From Adineta vaga (lineage: Eukaryota; Animalia; Rotifera): a stretch of 64,000 bases of DNA. The notes under the pieces are model-generated. The model saw only the letters and a program-made list of their open reading frames with translations. It had not been told where the DNA came from and ran no database searches. Location: NCBI GenBank assembly GCA_021613535.1, contig CP075495.1:15252001-15316000 (forward strand), written 5' to 3'. Shown here piece by piece: positions 1-12,453 of the stretch (the first letter of the stretch is position 1; every line of letters begins with the position of its first letter). Both the position numbers and the translations under genes were made by a program.

Positions 1-718
1 TAATGATTATCTTTTGACAACATGGAAATATGGGAATTAATATTTGTGATCCGACCCTTAAAACGGCTAATCATCAAGGAGATCTGACAAATAGAATGGG
101 TTTTACCATACATCTCGAGTAAATTTGTTTATAGCATCTGACTCAACATATGGATAGCTGGTAAAGATGGTCTTTTACTACATACTTTCCCAATGCAGGA
201 GATATGATAATGATTTATGACAGGAGTCGATGAAGACGTTGACATAGTCTGTTGTTTGAAGCGTTTGTGATAAATAGATATGTGATACTCTAGCATAAAA
301 ATGATATCTATATCTATACTTATCTTTTAATGACCTGTCTATTGACGATTTCATACCTGTAATTGCCTAATGTTCACATGTAAATAAATAAAAAGCGGTA
401 GAGATAAATATTATTGTTTTCGTCGGATATGTTCATGGAAAAAAATAATGGCTTCGCTTTACGGATATTCGCATACAGTCATATACGAAGACAAGATTAT
501 CTATTTCACAGATCAGTTCAATCTTCAAATATTGAAGTATAATCTTGATTCGAATTCAAAGAAAATCAATCAAACAATATTATATATATTATATACACAA
601 ATTGAATGCAAACGACACAAGTTCAATAAAATATTTAAGTTAGAAAGATTTCCACCGATATTTATTACTAAATAATTAGTATATCATTAATTATTAAAAA
701 GAAAATAAACTTTGAAAA

Positions 719-3700
719 TTAGTTCAAATCTTGTTGTCGTCGTTGATAAACAATCAAATAGGTTGGCAGAGCTAAACAAGCATCGTCGTTCGATAAAAGC
801 AGAAAATTATTATCGTCATCTTTTGCTAATTCCACAGCAAATAAATAATGTTTTCCATCAGTTGATCGACGTGTTCCATATAAATGACTATTCAAAGCAT
901 CACGTGTCAAACAAATCGATCCAATCGAATCATTTTCAAATTGTTCACCTAAAAAGAACAAATTAAGAAAAAACATGGAGTGATCGAAATCAACAAACCA
1001 TAATGTGATGCATTTGTCGAATGTAAACCATAATGAATAATTGATTGAACCGATGCAAATGAACAACCATGAAAATATAATTGTGTTTCATCTCGTTTTC
1101 GACTCATAAAATGTTGATATAATGGATAATTTTCGATTGATTCAATCTATTTAAAAAATGAAATAATCTTATTGAAGTTTTTCTTTCAAATCTGTTCTTT
1201 TTACTCGATTAATTTGCCAAACAGACATTGACATCGTTTCTTGAAAAACTCGAACACATTGTAAAGATTCATATGATGATTTGATTATTTCTTTTGTACG
1301 AATCATTAGAAATGATGTTGACCATGATGATGGAATTCGACTCTTTGATACTATTCATGTAAAAACATTTGTTTTATCAAAAGACTTTCATTATTCTTTC
1401 TTTACCATCGAATTGTTTTTTTACAAGAAAAGCATTTCGTCTTGTTTTTGTTGGTCGAACTTGTAATTTAGTTAAATCAATATCAAATACTAATTGTTGA
1501 TTATCTTCAATTCTTATCTAAATGAAAATACATTTTTGCAAATTGAAATCAACAAAAGAAATACGAAACAAACATTTTTTTCTCCCACAGTAAAAGCTTC
1601 ATCGATTTTCAATGATATATAAGAATTGAATTGAATTTCTTCCGATTTTTCTCCATTCTCTGTAAACACATAACTATATTGATGAATATATTTTTCTTGT
1701 CGTAAATTAGAAAAACATTGTAAACATGATTCATGATCACCACGTAGTATTAATTCACTACGAGAATAATCAATGTGTGGAATTACATTGTATGATAAAC
1801 AAATATCAATTAATAAATCCACCTGATAAATCAAAAGAGAAAAAGATCCATTAGTGAAAGAACTAAAATCCAAACCTGTGAAATTATTTTTGATTCGACT
1901 AACGTGAGATCAAATGTTTGTTCATGCATTAATTTTTCTAATGATTTGATTAAAAGTTGATGATGTTGATCGATGTTTTTCAAATCAGATAAAGTTATTA
2001 TTCGTTTACCTAAATACAATATTATATTCGAGAATGTATTCTTCATTCGTATATTTACTTTGTATATCACGTTTGATTGTTCGCTGTTTTATTCTTACAG
2101 ACTTGGTTGGTTTTCTTTCATCTGATATTTTTGGTGTTGAAGTAATTTGTTCACAAAGACTATCGAGATAAAGACGAAAAACCTATTGAAAAAAGAATTT
2201 AGTTTTGAAAAGTCACAAGAATCGGATAGATTACTTGATAGCATTCATCATTTTCGAGACAATCACTTGTGGGATAAATAACAAATATAACATCCATTTG
2301 ATATTGATGTAAACGTTCACTTGCTGCACCAATCAGTGCTTCACAAACAAATCCAGGATCAAGATTAAGTTGACCAGTACCGATCTATTAATAGATAATC
2401 TTCTATTTGGAATTCATAGAAACAAAATTATCTTACAGGAGGAAATGAAATCGATTTCATTTTTCGTTTCTGTGCTTCTTCAATACACCATTTGACTAAA
2501 TCTGATAAAGACTAGAAGAAAAACAAATGAATAGAGTTCACTTTTCTTGAGGGTGTGTCTAAAGAAGAATTAAACAAACTTTTTGAGTTTTCATTGTTTC
2601 TGTTTCATCAATCTCTGTTTCCCATGGAACAAAAAGAATTTTCTGTGCTGTAGTTGAACCACCATCAAGAAGTAAAGCATCAGTGGTACAATAACGTTCT
2701 TTATATTGTGATTGAACTTTTGGGCCAGCACGACGAAGAACACTTTCACGTAAATTATTCGATGTACTTATACAAATCATCAAATCAACCTAAGCAAAAA
2801 CAAATTGATCGATTAACTTTTATATTCACATCAAGTAAATCTTACTGGAATTTGACTAATATCACCGGAAATAACATCAATTGATGAATCAGTTGATTTA
2901 ATGTAAAATTTAGTATTGGAGGAAGACTATTCAATCAAAAATCAATTTTGTTCATTATTTTGATTTTATTATAAAAGATAAAAGAAACAAACTTGATCAG
3001 AATTTTGATGTTCAGCAAAAGATGCTGTTGTATTGGATGTTGATGATGATGATTGCATATTATTAGTCATCAATGTATCGATGACTTCGATGTTTACTGA
3101 AATTATAAATTGATGTATAATTAGTCATAGAAGAATTGAATTACATGGAAATGCTCGTGGTTCAGAAATGATTGCATAATGTGTTTGATCTATATTTTCA
3201 ATGAAATTTTATTGAATAATTAAATTCTTTTCAATTTACTTTGTTGAAAAAGATTTTCTGCAGCTGATGAACAAATTAGAAGTGCCAAATTCTCGTTAAT
3301 TTTCACAATATCAATACTTAATGTTTGAGGTAAAATTGAATACAATTGTTTTTCGATTTCTTTGGCTTGTTCAAGATTTTTTACTTGACAACAATCTGAT
3401 GATAAATAAGGAAGAATTTGACATTGATCTTTTTCAATAATATCTCTTTGACCTGGACCAAGAAGATAACATAACTAAAAGATTCATTAGATATTTGATT
3501 TCAATAAGATATTTATACATACATGTTCATCTGTAAATCGCTTAGTGAACGTATAAATAATTGGTGTTTGATTTCGTGTTGACACAGAAGTTCTCTCTTT
3601 TTTATTGAATGGATTATCTCGAAGAACAAAACGAGTTTTGAATTTTGATTCTTGTTGATTAAGATTTTCAGATGATGATGGTGAATGATTGGAATTTGAA

Positions 3701-5106
3701 AGAAATTTCGATTCATCGTTTTGTTTTTGTCCAATTTTGGGTAATACATATCGTGGAGAAGATTCAGATGGACTAGTCGATCGATTATTGTTACGAGAGG
3801 AAAGTTGATTGGAATATATATTTGCTAATTCAGGTGTAGAACTTGATGAACTAACAGGAGATTTAGATATCTGTTCAGTTGTTTTTGTATTAAGACGACT
3901 TGAAAAACAAAATTTTCTTTCACCGATGGTGGATGTTGGTTGAGTTGTTGGTTTTGAAGAAATATTTTGAGCTAATGAACTTTCTTGAAAAATAGAAGGT
4001 GGATTTGGAATTGTATTTGATGGTCTTCTTCCACGACCTCGTCCGAAATTTATTGAGACAGAATCCGCAGATGATGATTGTGTATTTAAATCAAGATTTC
4101 TCAATTGATTAGAAAATGTTCGATGAATTGTCGGAGAAATCTAGTAAAGATTCTCGTTATTTAAAAACATTAAGAATATGTGAAATACTTTTTCTATCGT
4201 CGATTGAACTTCTTGATCAACATTAGTCGTTGTCACTGGAGAATGTTTAGTTGGTGTCATGTTTAAAGATTGATTGGAAATTAAATTGTCAGGTGTTAGA
4301 TTATTTCTAATTAATGCAGTTGATGAATGATAGTCTCTAATAATATCTTCCATCATTGAAGTGACTAAATCAAAAACGATTTTCTATTGAAAAATATCTT
4401 TCAAAGAAATACCTTCATTATCTTCGAAAAGCAATTCTATAGTATAAGGATTAATCAATTTTTGTTCCATAACAAGCGGTTTATGGGCGCCGAACCATTC
4501 ATCAATTAAATCATCTGTTATAGGTTGTTTATCTCTTGATTGTATGATCATACTTGGTTGATTTGATGAAGGTAATGGTGATGTTGATGATGATGATGAA
4601 AGTCGAGTTAGTCGAGAAATAAATTGAAATATTCGTTCATCATTTGAAGATAAATCGTAGTGTTTCAAAATCGCTTGATTATGTTTTGTTGCTAATGAAT
4701 GTGAATGTGAACATTTTCCATCGGATTGAAATTGTGCACAAGTTTTATTCAAAATGTAATTTTGACATAGATGAAGTTGTCTACATGATATTGAATCACA
4801 TGAATCACCTTTGCTCTGATCAAATGGACAGAGAGAAAGCTAAAATGAAAAGAGATAATTTAATGAATTAATTAGTTTTTATTCGAAATTTTCTATTACA
4901 TTATTTCGAAAATAAAGTGTACTTTGATCATTAGATAAATAACAAAGTACATCGATCGGATGGTCATTTAGAAGATCGATAATTAATTTCAATGGAAGAG
5001 GATAAATTTTAACTAAATCTTCATCGATTTTTAATTCTAAAGATTTTCCACGAGATCGACATTGTTCAAATAGATTTAAAATTTGTTCTAATGCTTCTGA
5101 AATCAT
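719..5106 (-). CDS. Multi-exon ZAP/PARP12-like protein: N-terminal CCCH zinc fingers, Ser-rich linker, macro domain, WWE-like domain, degenerate PARP catalytic domain
   Basis: Manual splicing gives LSLCPFDQSKGDSCDSISCRQLHLCQNYILNKTCAQFQSDGKCSHSH (ZAP/PARP12-type fingers). Macro motifs ISGDISQIP and SISFPPIGTG at about 2300-2890. WWE-like FNSYISLKIDEAF. PARP-like LYFHGC, ICLTRDALNSHLYG and LPTYLIVY. Short GT-AG introns throughout. Confidence 0.8.
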
Positions 5107-6876
5107 TCATTCACTTTTTTCCAAATTAATATATGAATTAAATGTGATGAAAATCAGTTTTTCCCAGTATAGGAACAGTTAAGAAATAAATTTTGTTTTT
5201 AAGTATTTAAACTGATTACGTTTGGCTTATAACATAGGCCAATGAAGATAATATTATTGATAACTTGTTTTTCGACTAAGGGTAACCTTTTAACGATTCC
5301 ATTTCTTAGTCATTGTTTTGAGAAAAAACTAAAGAAGATAGTTTCATAATATCCTGAAGTCTGAAAACTATATAATTCCCTTTTTAATCGATTTTAGAGG
5401 GCGCCACACATATTGCGCATTCGTGAACTCGACATCGCCAAGATTTTATTCTCTATTTTGAATTGTTTTAAGTTTTCGATTTAAAATTATACGTGACTGA
5501 AAATGAAAGACAGAACTTGTTCTAAATATCTTAGAACCTGTCTATACTTTTGTACTATAGAATTATAGTTCACTGATATCAATATATCAGTCATTCCTTT
5601 CAAAAATTCTTGCACATACCGCCTGATAGTACATACACCACAGGTCTTCCTGCTATTGGTGTTCAGTCGTCGGTAGTTGCTTGGGCATTCAATACTGTTG
5701 GATTTAGTATTCGTCAGCAACCATAGTTCCAGAATTATAATCTTACATTATTCATGATCTCCCACAACGAATGTAAGATATCTTATCCAAAAACAAAATT
5801 CCGTTTAACTTCTTTGATATATTATTTAGAGCACGTTATGGAACAGCTGAATCGTTGACATTTAGTGAACGCGATCACCTACAACTTCTCCAAGGTATGT
5901 ATATTGGGTTAACAGAATAATAACTCATCTTCAACCATTTATCAATAAAGTATAGTGTCGATTATTGCTACAGGTAGAAATAGCACTCAATGTCATGATT
6001 TTATCAATGCTTTTGTCTCTAAATTTGTGATCCGTATATGCATGGTACGGTTATAAAGACTATTGTACTAGTAAATGCACGATGGAATGAAGATATAACT
6101 AATACCTTGTGCTAAAACTTATTTAATTGTATGTTCGAAATATTTCCTGTAAGTAGATGACGCTCTTCTGGTTGGACTTATTTATTGGTTAATCGTCGAA
6201 CTAATGAATGGATGACGTATTGTCATCATTTCTTCTTGTATGAGTGCAACAGAACTCAGCAAGATTTATTTTTCTTCATTTTATCGGTGGCACTTTGTCG
6301 GACAAAAAAATATTCTCATGGTAAATATTAATTTAATATATAAAACAAAGATTCTTTTTTTTTGTTTCTCAAGTCTCGACGTTTCTATCAAGAAAACACA
6401 TTGTCCTCGATAAAATATTTTTCTTTTCTTCTTTTTCCCATAGACTATGCTAATATTCGAATAATCAATGATTTATTCAAATATATCTATGCGAATTTCG
6501 CTGCTTAATAGTCATTTCAGAATCACTAGTAACGCTTTTACCTTCATATTTTTTTCATAAAAAGACAAGTTAATTATTCAATTTACCTTTATCGATACAG
6601 AACAAAACATAGAAAATGTAGAATAAATGATCAATCATCCTTTTCAATATGCATTGCTACTATCGATCAGAAAATATTTTGAGTATCATTATGATTGTCG
6701 ATATTTGAATGCGTATTTTCATTTAGTCTTGATAAAATATGATTATCATTGAAAGTTGCTTGATAAAATTTTATTTGATGAAGATTTTATTGATGAAAAC
6801 ATCTTTCTGTTTTTAGATTGGTCGACAAACGGTTCAATTGAATCGAGTATAAACAAAGAAATTCTATCTTTCTCCA

Positions 6877-8526
6877 ATGTCTACAGTTGCCACTGCTAGT
6901 CCATATTTTGAAGAACAATCATCAGAACTACAAATTCGTCATCGAATAATAAAACCAATAGAAAAAAAGATGATTCCGTTATTTACTCGTCGTCATTCAT
7001 CATCACGTAGTTTCTATTCAATTCGAAATCTTCTATTTATTTTAATATTCATCACATTTGTATTTATCTTATACTCATCTATATCATTATCTCCATTACT
7101 TCGTTTTCTTGATCCTTATTCTTATGTCTTAGTATTAGATGCTGGTTCAACAGGAACACGTATTCATGTGTATAAATTTCGTGCAGCAACTGATAATGAG
7201 AATGGTGATACGTTCGTGTTAAAGAATGAAATTTTCAAAGAACGTAAACCCGGTTTATCATCATTTGCTGATCAGATCGATAAAGCAGAAGATCAAATCG
7301 ATGAATTATTAAAAATTGCTGATCAAGAAGTAACTCGATTCAAACATCGAAGTACACCATTGGTTTTACGTGCAACAGCTGGTTTAAGATTAATCAGTGA
7401 AACTAAACAAAAACTTTTATTAGAAAGTGTAGCAAAATCGTTTCGAAAATATGGATTTTATCGACCAAAAATGGATATTGCCATTATGAATGAAACAGAA
7501 GAAGGAATTGATGCTTGGCTTACTCTTGTTTATTTAAAAGGTGAACAGTTTTATGGAAGTCGTATAGCTGCATTGGATTTAGGTGGTGGTTCAACTCAGA
7601 TAACATATAATCCTGCATTGTCAAATACAACATTAGCGGAAAAATTAAATTTATTATTAAAAGCACAACAACCAATTGAACCTGAACAGATTCATGCATT
7701 TCGTGATTCAGCGAATAAAAAAAATCATCAAATGCCAAGAATTGATGTTGATCAAGCTGGTCTCGAAGAAATAAAACCAGTTAAAATTGTTAAAAAACAA
7801 GATTTATTAAATAAAGATACGAAATTAAGTGAAGAAGAAATGATTATGGCATATATGCACCAATTTCGAATGTTTCGTCGTGATATCAAACTTTACTCGC
7901 GTTCATACTTAGGTTATGGTTTAATGATTGCACGGCAAACAATATTTATGAATGAAACAAATGATCAAAATTTAATCAATTCACATAAACTTAAAAGTCG
8001 ATGTTTTCTCAATGATGTGACAGGAAAATTTAAATTTCAAGATATTACTTGGACTGTTCAATCTCATGGAGGTAAAACGAAAAGATTTTAATTTTAATGA
8101 TTCGAATATTGTCTTTTAGACGTTAATTCTGATGAACGTTTCTATTCATGCATGTCAACAGTTGATCATTATATTAGTCTGAATGTTCAACCAGCTGTTG
8201 GCCTTGATCAAATGTCAATCTATGTTTTTTCTTATTTTTATGATATTGCGAATGATGCTGGCCTTCTATCAACAGATGGTGATGAAGCATCATCATCAAT
8301 ACGAACAATTCCAATACGTGTATTGAAACAAACAGCTAAAAATGTTTGTCGTGGTTCAACATCAACATCACAAGAACATCCATTTTTATGTTTTGATTTA
8401 ACATATATTTATTCGTTATTAACAAAAGGTTATGGTCTTGTTGAAGATATTGAAATTCACATTTGTAAAAAAATTCAAGAATTTGAAGTCGCGTGGTCAC
8501 TTGGTTTAGCATTAAAATTGTTATAG
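6877..8526 (+). CDS. Ectonucleoside triphosphate diphosphohydrolase, ENTPD5/6-like (GDA1/CD39 family), type II membrane; exons 6877-8071 and 8120-8526
   Basis: Apyrase conserved regions DAGSTGTR, ATAGLR, EEGIDAW, DLGGGSTQI, SYLGYGL, EVAWSLG; N-terminal hydrophobic segment; intron 8072-8119 (gt..ag). Confidence 0.92.
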
Positions 8527-8753
8527 AAAAACAACAAACGTTGCTTACCTTTTTTTTCTTCTTTGTTTTTTTTCTATCTCTTGGTTGTTTCATTTTTATT
8601 TTATTTATAACAAATATTGTTATTCATTTCTCATTTTGTGACAACGACAAATGCAGCTTTTTATTTCAATATAAACATACATACATACATACATACATCT
8701 TTGCTGTTTTCTTAATATATTGCAGATTGTTCAATCGCATTCTTTTCTATTTG

Positions 8754-9538
8754 ATGAAAAAAGCATTATTTCGGAATATTTTAGTATTGAATTGTATTAG
8801 ACGAGTTCAGTTTCATCAAATGGCAACAAATGAGAAAAAACAACAATTGAAAATAGATGTTACGAGTGATAATATTTGTCGTGAGTGAAATTATAAATCT
8901 TTACATTGAATAATTGTTTTTCTTTGTTAGCTTGGTGTTATGTTGGAAAACGTCGTTTAGACAAAGCTCTTTCTCAAATCGATACATCCAATGTGAATGT
9001 CTCAGTATCATGGCATGCTTATGAATTAGATCATGGACTACCTAGAGATGGTTCACTTCTCAAAATGGATCGTTACAAACAAAAATTTGGTGAAGCACGT
9101 ATAAAACAAATGTTACCAATGATGACAGAGACAGGAAAACAAGAAGGTATTGATTTTTCATTTGATGGTAAAATTGGTTCAACATTCGATTCACATCGTC
9201 TTCTTTATTATGTCAAACAACAAGAAAATGGTGAAAAAAAACAAAATGATTTAATCAATGTTTTATTTCGTGCTTATTTTGAACAAGAACAAGATTTAGC
9301 TGACCATCAAGTTTTAATCAAAGCAGGTGAACAAATTGGATTAGATGGAAATGAAGTTAAACGATTTCTTCAATCTGATCAATATAGTAAAGAAATTCAA
9401 GATGAAATTAACCATAGTCAACAAGAAGGAGTTTCCGGTGTTCCACATTTTGTTATAAATGGTAAAGTTGAATTGAGTGGTGCACAAGATCCTCAACAAT
9501 TCATTGAAGCTTTTCGAAAAGCTGGTGTTAAAGTTTGA
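8754..9538 (+). CDS. FrnE-like DsbA-family thioredoxin-fold oxidoreductase; exons 8754-8880 and 8931-9538
   Basis: Splicing intron 8881-8930 gives IDVTSDNICPWCYVGKRRL (CPWC active site). C-terminal GVSGVPHFVING..LSGAQ. Confidence 0.9.
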
Positions 9539-10029
9539 AAAATTCTATATTGATTCATGTCGTTTATTTTTCTAAAGATTTCATCTTTTTAACACCTTCT
9601 TCTATTAAAACAAGCAATTTTTTCAATTTTATTGTTTTTCTCCACTCTAACAATCTATTTTAATAAAGAAAATTACATTGTCATGATGTAATAAATTGTC
9701 ATGTAAAATATCAATTACTTATTGTTAGTCTTGGTATGAAGATATTTTTAAATTGTCTATTTTCTTCCATGTAAAGTTAAGATTAGAATCTTTTAAGGAG
9801 TTCGAATCATAAATATATTGAATGTTTGATAGAAAATATTTATAATCTTTCTATATGGAACATTTGTAACCTAGACCTAATGGTAACTCAATCTGTATCC
9901 TAGAACTATTTTCAGTATAGCTTTCATACAAAGCAATTTTCTCGACATTCTAATTTGACATAGAGTTGAACTTAGTTGTTCCCAAGATTCACGACAAATT
10001 CTTCCTATAAATCTTTTTGAAAATTTTTA

Positions 10030-10720
10030 TTTGTTTTCTCTTTTTGATATGTTTAAAATCAGAACAATAAAATTAATAACGGAAATTGAGTTGTCGTGGT
10101 GTCATAAATTGACGGACAACATCCAATGTAACTTCTTTTCGTTGTTCTTGATGTTTTGCAACTAATGCATGTTTATTAACCTAAGAATTTATGAGAAAGA
10201 AGAATCGAGAAGGAGTTTTGAAAAGTGAAATTACTTTGTCTTTGATTTGTTTTGATGTATCAGTAAGAAAAATAGCGGAATTTGAATCATCTTACTTGAT
10301 CGAAACTACATTCAATAATATCTTTTGCATCTTTTTCATCATCAGCTATTTGAATTACCAATGGAACATCAAAGACATCTTATGACCATCTAAAATTATC
10401 TCTTTAATCTCATTTTTATGTTTAAATTTCTTTGTTACTTTGTCATGATAAATGGAATTAAATGACCCAAATGCATTGCCTCAGGTGATGGACCACGACC
10501 AGTATATAAGAAAAATGTTTTTTTCTGTTCATATGCATTGAGAATTAACTCAAGATCTCTAGAGAAATATGCAGATAATTATTGAAAAGATTTGAAAATT
10601 TTATAAAATATACCTGTGAGAGAAGAATATGCCTCGTCGAATAAAATAGTGAACTGGTCTTTTGATAACTGATTCAATACGTGCAATTAATTCAGGTGAA
10701 ATCTTTAATGAAGATTTGAC
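10030..10720 (-). pseudogene. Decayed, internally deleted duplicate of the tryptophanyl-tRNA synthetase gene
   Basis: Colinear similarity to about 16060-16195, 16436-16560, 17105-17140 and 17195-17580, with introns retained and several internal deletions. Confidence 0.85.
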
Positions 10721-10975
10721 TGTATTGAAGAACTATACAATTGAAAGATAGAGTCGGACGTTTACTTTTCATTCTTTTTCTTTTCTTTCGATTCGTATAT
10801 GTACAGAAAAAAAGTCGTATTCAACTATATACCTTCTTCATTTATTTCGTGCTGTTTTCTTTCTCTCTCTGTCGTATGGAAAACGTCGAAGAGAAATATA
10901 ACAGGAAAGAAAGAGAAAGTGAAAACCACCGTCTACTTTAACATGATATCATTACCCACATACCCATTGTTTATC

Positions 10976-11521
10976 ATGGCCGATAGCACCGAGTTCATTC
11001 AAAAACTGAAAGCAACAAATGGCGATGTATGTATAAATTCGTTTTTTCTGAAAAAATCTTTGGTTTTGTTGAAATTTAGGTTGAAGCATTATCACGAATC
11101 GAATGTGAACAAAAAGAGAAACGAGATAAAGCTGATCAAGCAGTTGCAACAGCAAAACAAAACGGAGAATCACCTGGAATCATAGTAAACTTAAAACAAA
11201 CAGCAACACAAGAAAACTTTAAATTGAATCTGTGTAGTTTTATAACTGAACTCGCAGAAAAACAACGTGATAACATATTGTTAACAGTTCGTAAAGAATT
11301 GAATGTAGTGCTTGACAACATGACTAAAGGTGAATTCAATTGAAAACAAAATTTTTGTTAATATCAACTGTATTTATTTCAATATAGAAAAAGATGCGCA
11401 TTCATCTGCTAGTGATCTTGATTTGTCACAAAAACAACGAAAAAACAATGAAGATAACATTGGCAATGGTGAAACGCGGCGGAAGAATAATGGTATTACA
11501 GAAGACCATATCCATCATTAA
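10976..11521 (+). CDS. Small hydrophilic, helical protein of unknown function (~145 aa, 3 exons: 10976-11026, 11080-11329, ~11388-11521)
   Basis: GT-AG introns join in frame: MADSTEFIQKLKATNGD|VEALSRIECEQKEKRDKADQAVATAK..|EKDAHSSASD..HIHH*. Confidence 0.6.
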
Positions 11522-12453
11522 TTGGAAAAGATCTTGATCCTTTGAAATTACAATCGAAATCGGTCCAAGAACAACCAAAGGATACGAATGATGACGATGA
11601 AAATGACAAATGACAAAGTTTAGATAATGTCGTGTTTTTTGCTTCTCACACATCAAGTTTATTTTCTTTTCTTTGTCTATTTGTATGAAATTATTTATCT
11701 CTCATGTTATTAAAAAGTGATTAAAATAAACAATGTTATCAAGCAATAATTTATATATCTTGTCGATTTGATAAAAAGCAATATTCTGGAGAAGTGATGA
11801 TTGGACGTACAACTATTTTTAATTCAAACAATCTGTGAATTAATATCAAAGCTTTTCGATATACGTTTCTAATCTTGCCATTACGCATATTTCTACCCTA
11901 CAGTACTTTTCATCTCTGTCAGACGAATCTGATAGGTTTTCAAACGTATAATACAATATATCGCTAAAAATAACGCTCATCAAATTTGTAACAACTAACT
12001 GAAAGTGGGCCGACGGAGTCCAATGCAATTCCATCGCCGTAAATTCTATAGGATTCTGTCGGATGATCATCAAATCCGATTGGATCCCGTCGGCTCCAAT
12101 CTCACCCACACCCAAACCCATGTGCAGCTTTCGCTGGAATTCATCCTCAACTTCAGACCCTTATCTTCAACGTCACTTTCACCAGCACTCTCATTAATAT
12201 TCTATACTTTTCGGTGCATGCTCCTTCTCATTTTCACCACATATATATAAACACATAATAAACATTTGAGATGACAAGAAAAGAATGACAAGTTCATAGA
12301 GAAAAAAGGATGTTCCACGAAAAGAAAAATCAGGTCGATGATTCATCATAGAATATATCTAAATATTTATATTTCATTGTTCTCTTCGACGGCAATGATG
12401 AGTAAAAATTTTGCATATATAAATGACCATCATTATACGAAATACATAACAAA

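Noticed and set aside
5400-6200. Possible coding remnants between the PARP-like and NTPDase genes
   Set aside because: No consistent frame or recognisable motif.
11846-12250. GC-richer patch with ORFs and a telomere-like cacccacacccaaaccca
   Set aside because: Only one TGTGGG unit and no protein motif. Probably a transposon-end relic, but boundaries could not be defined.
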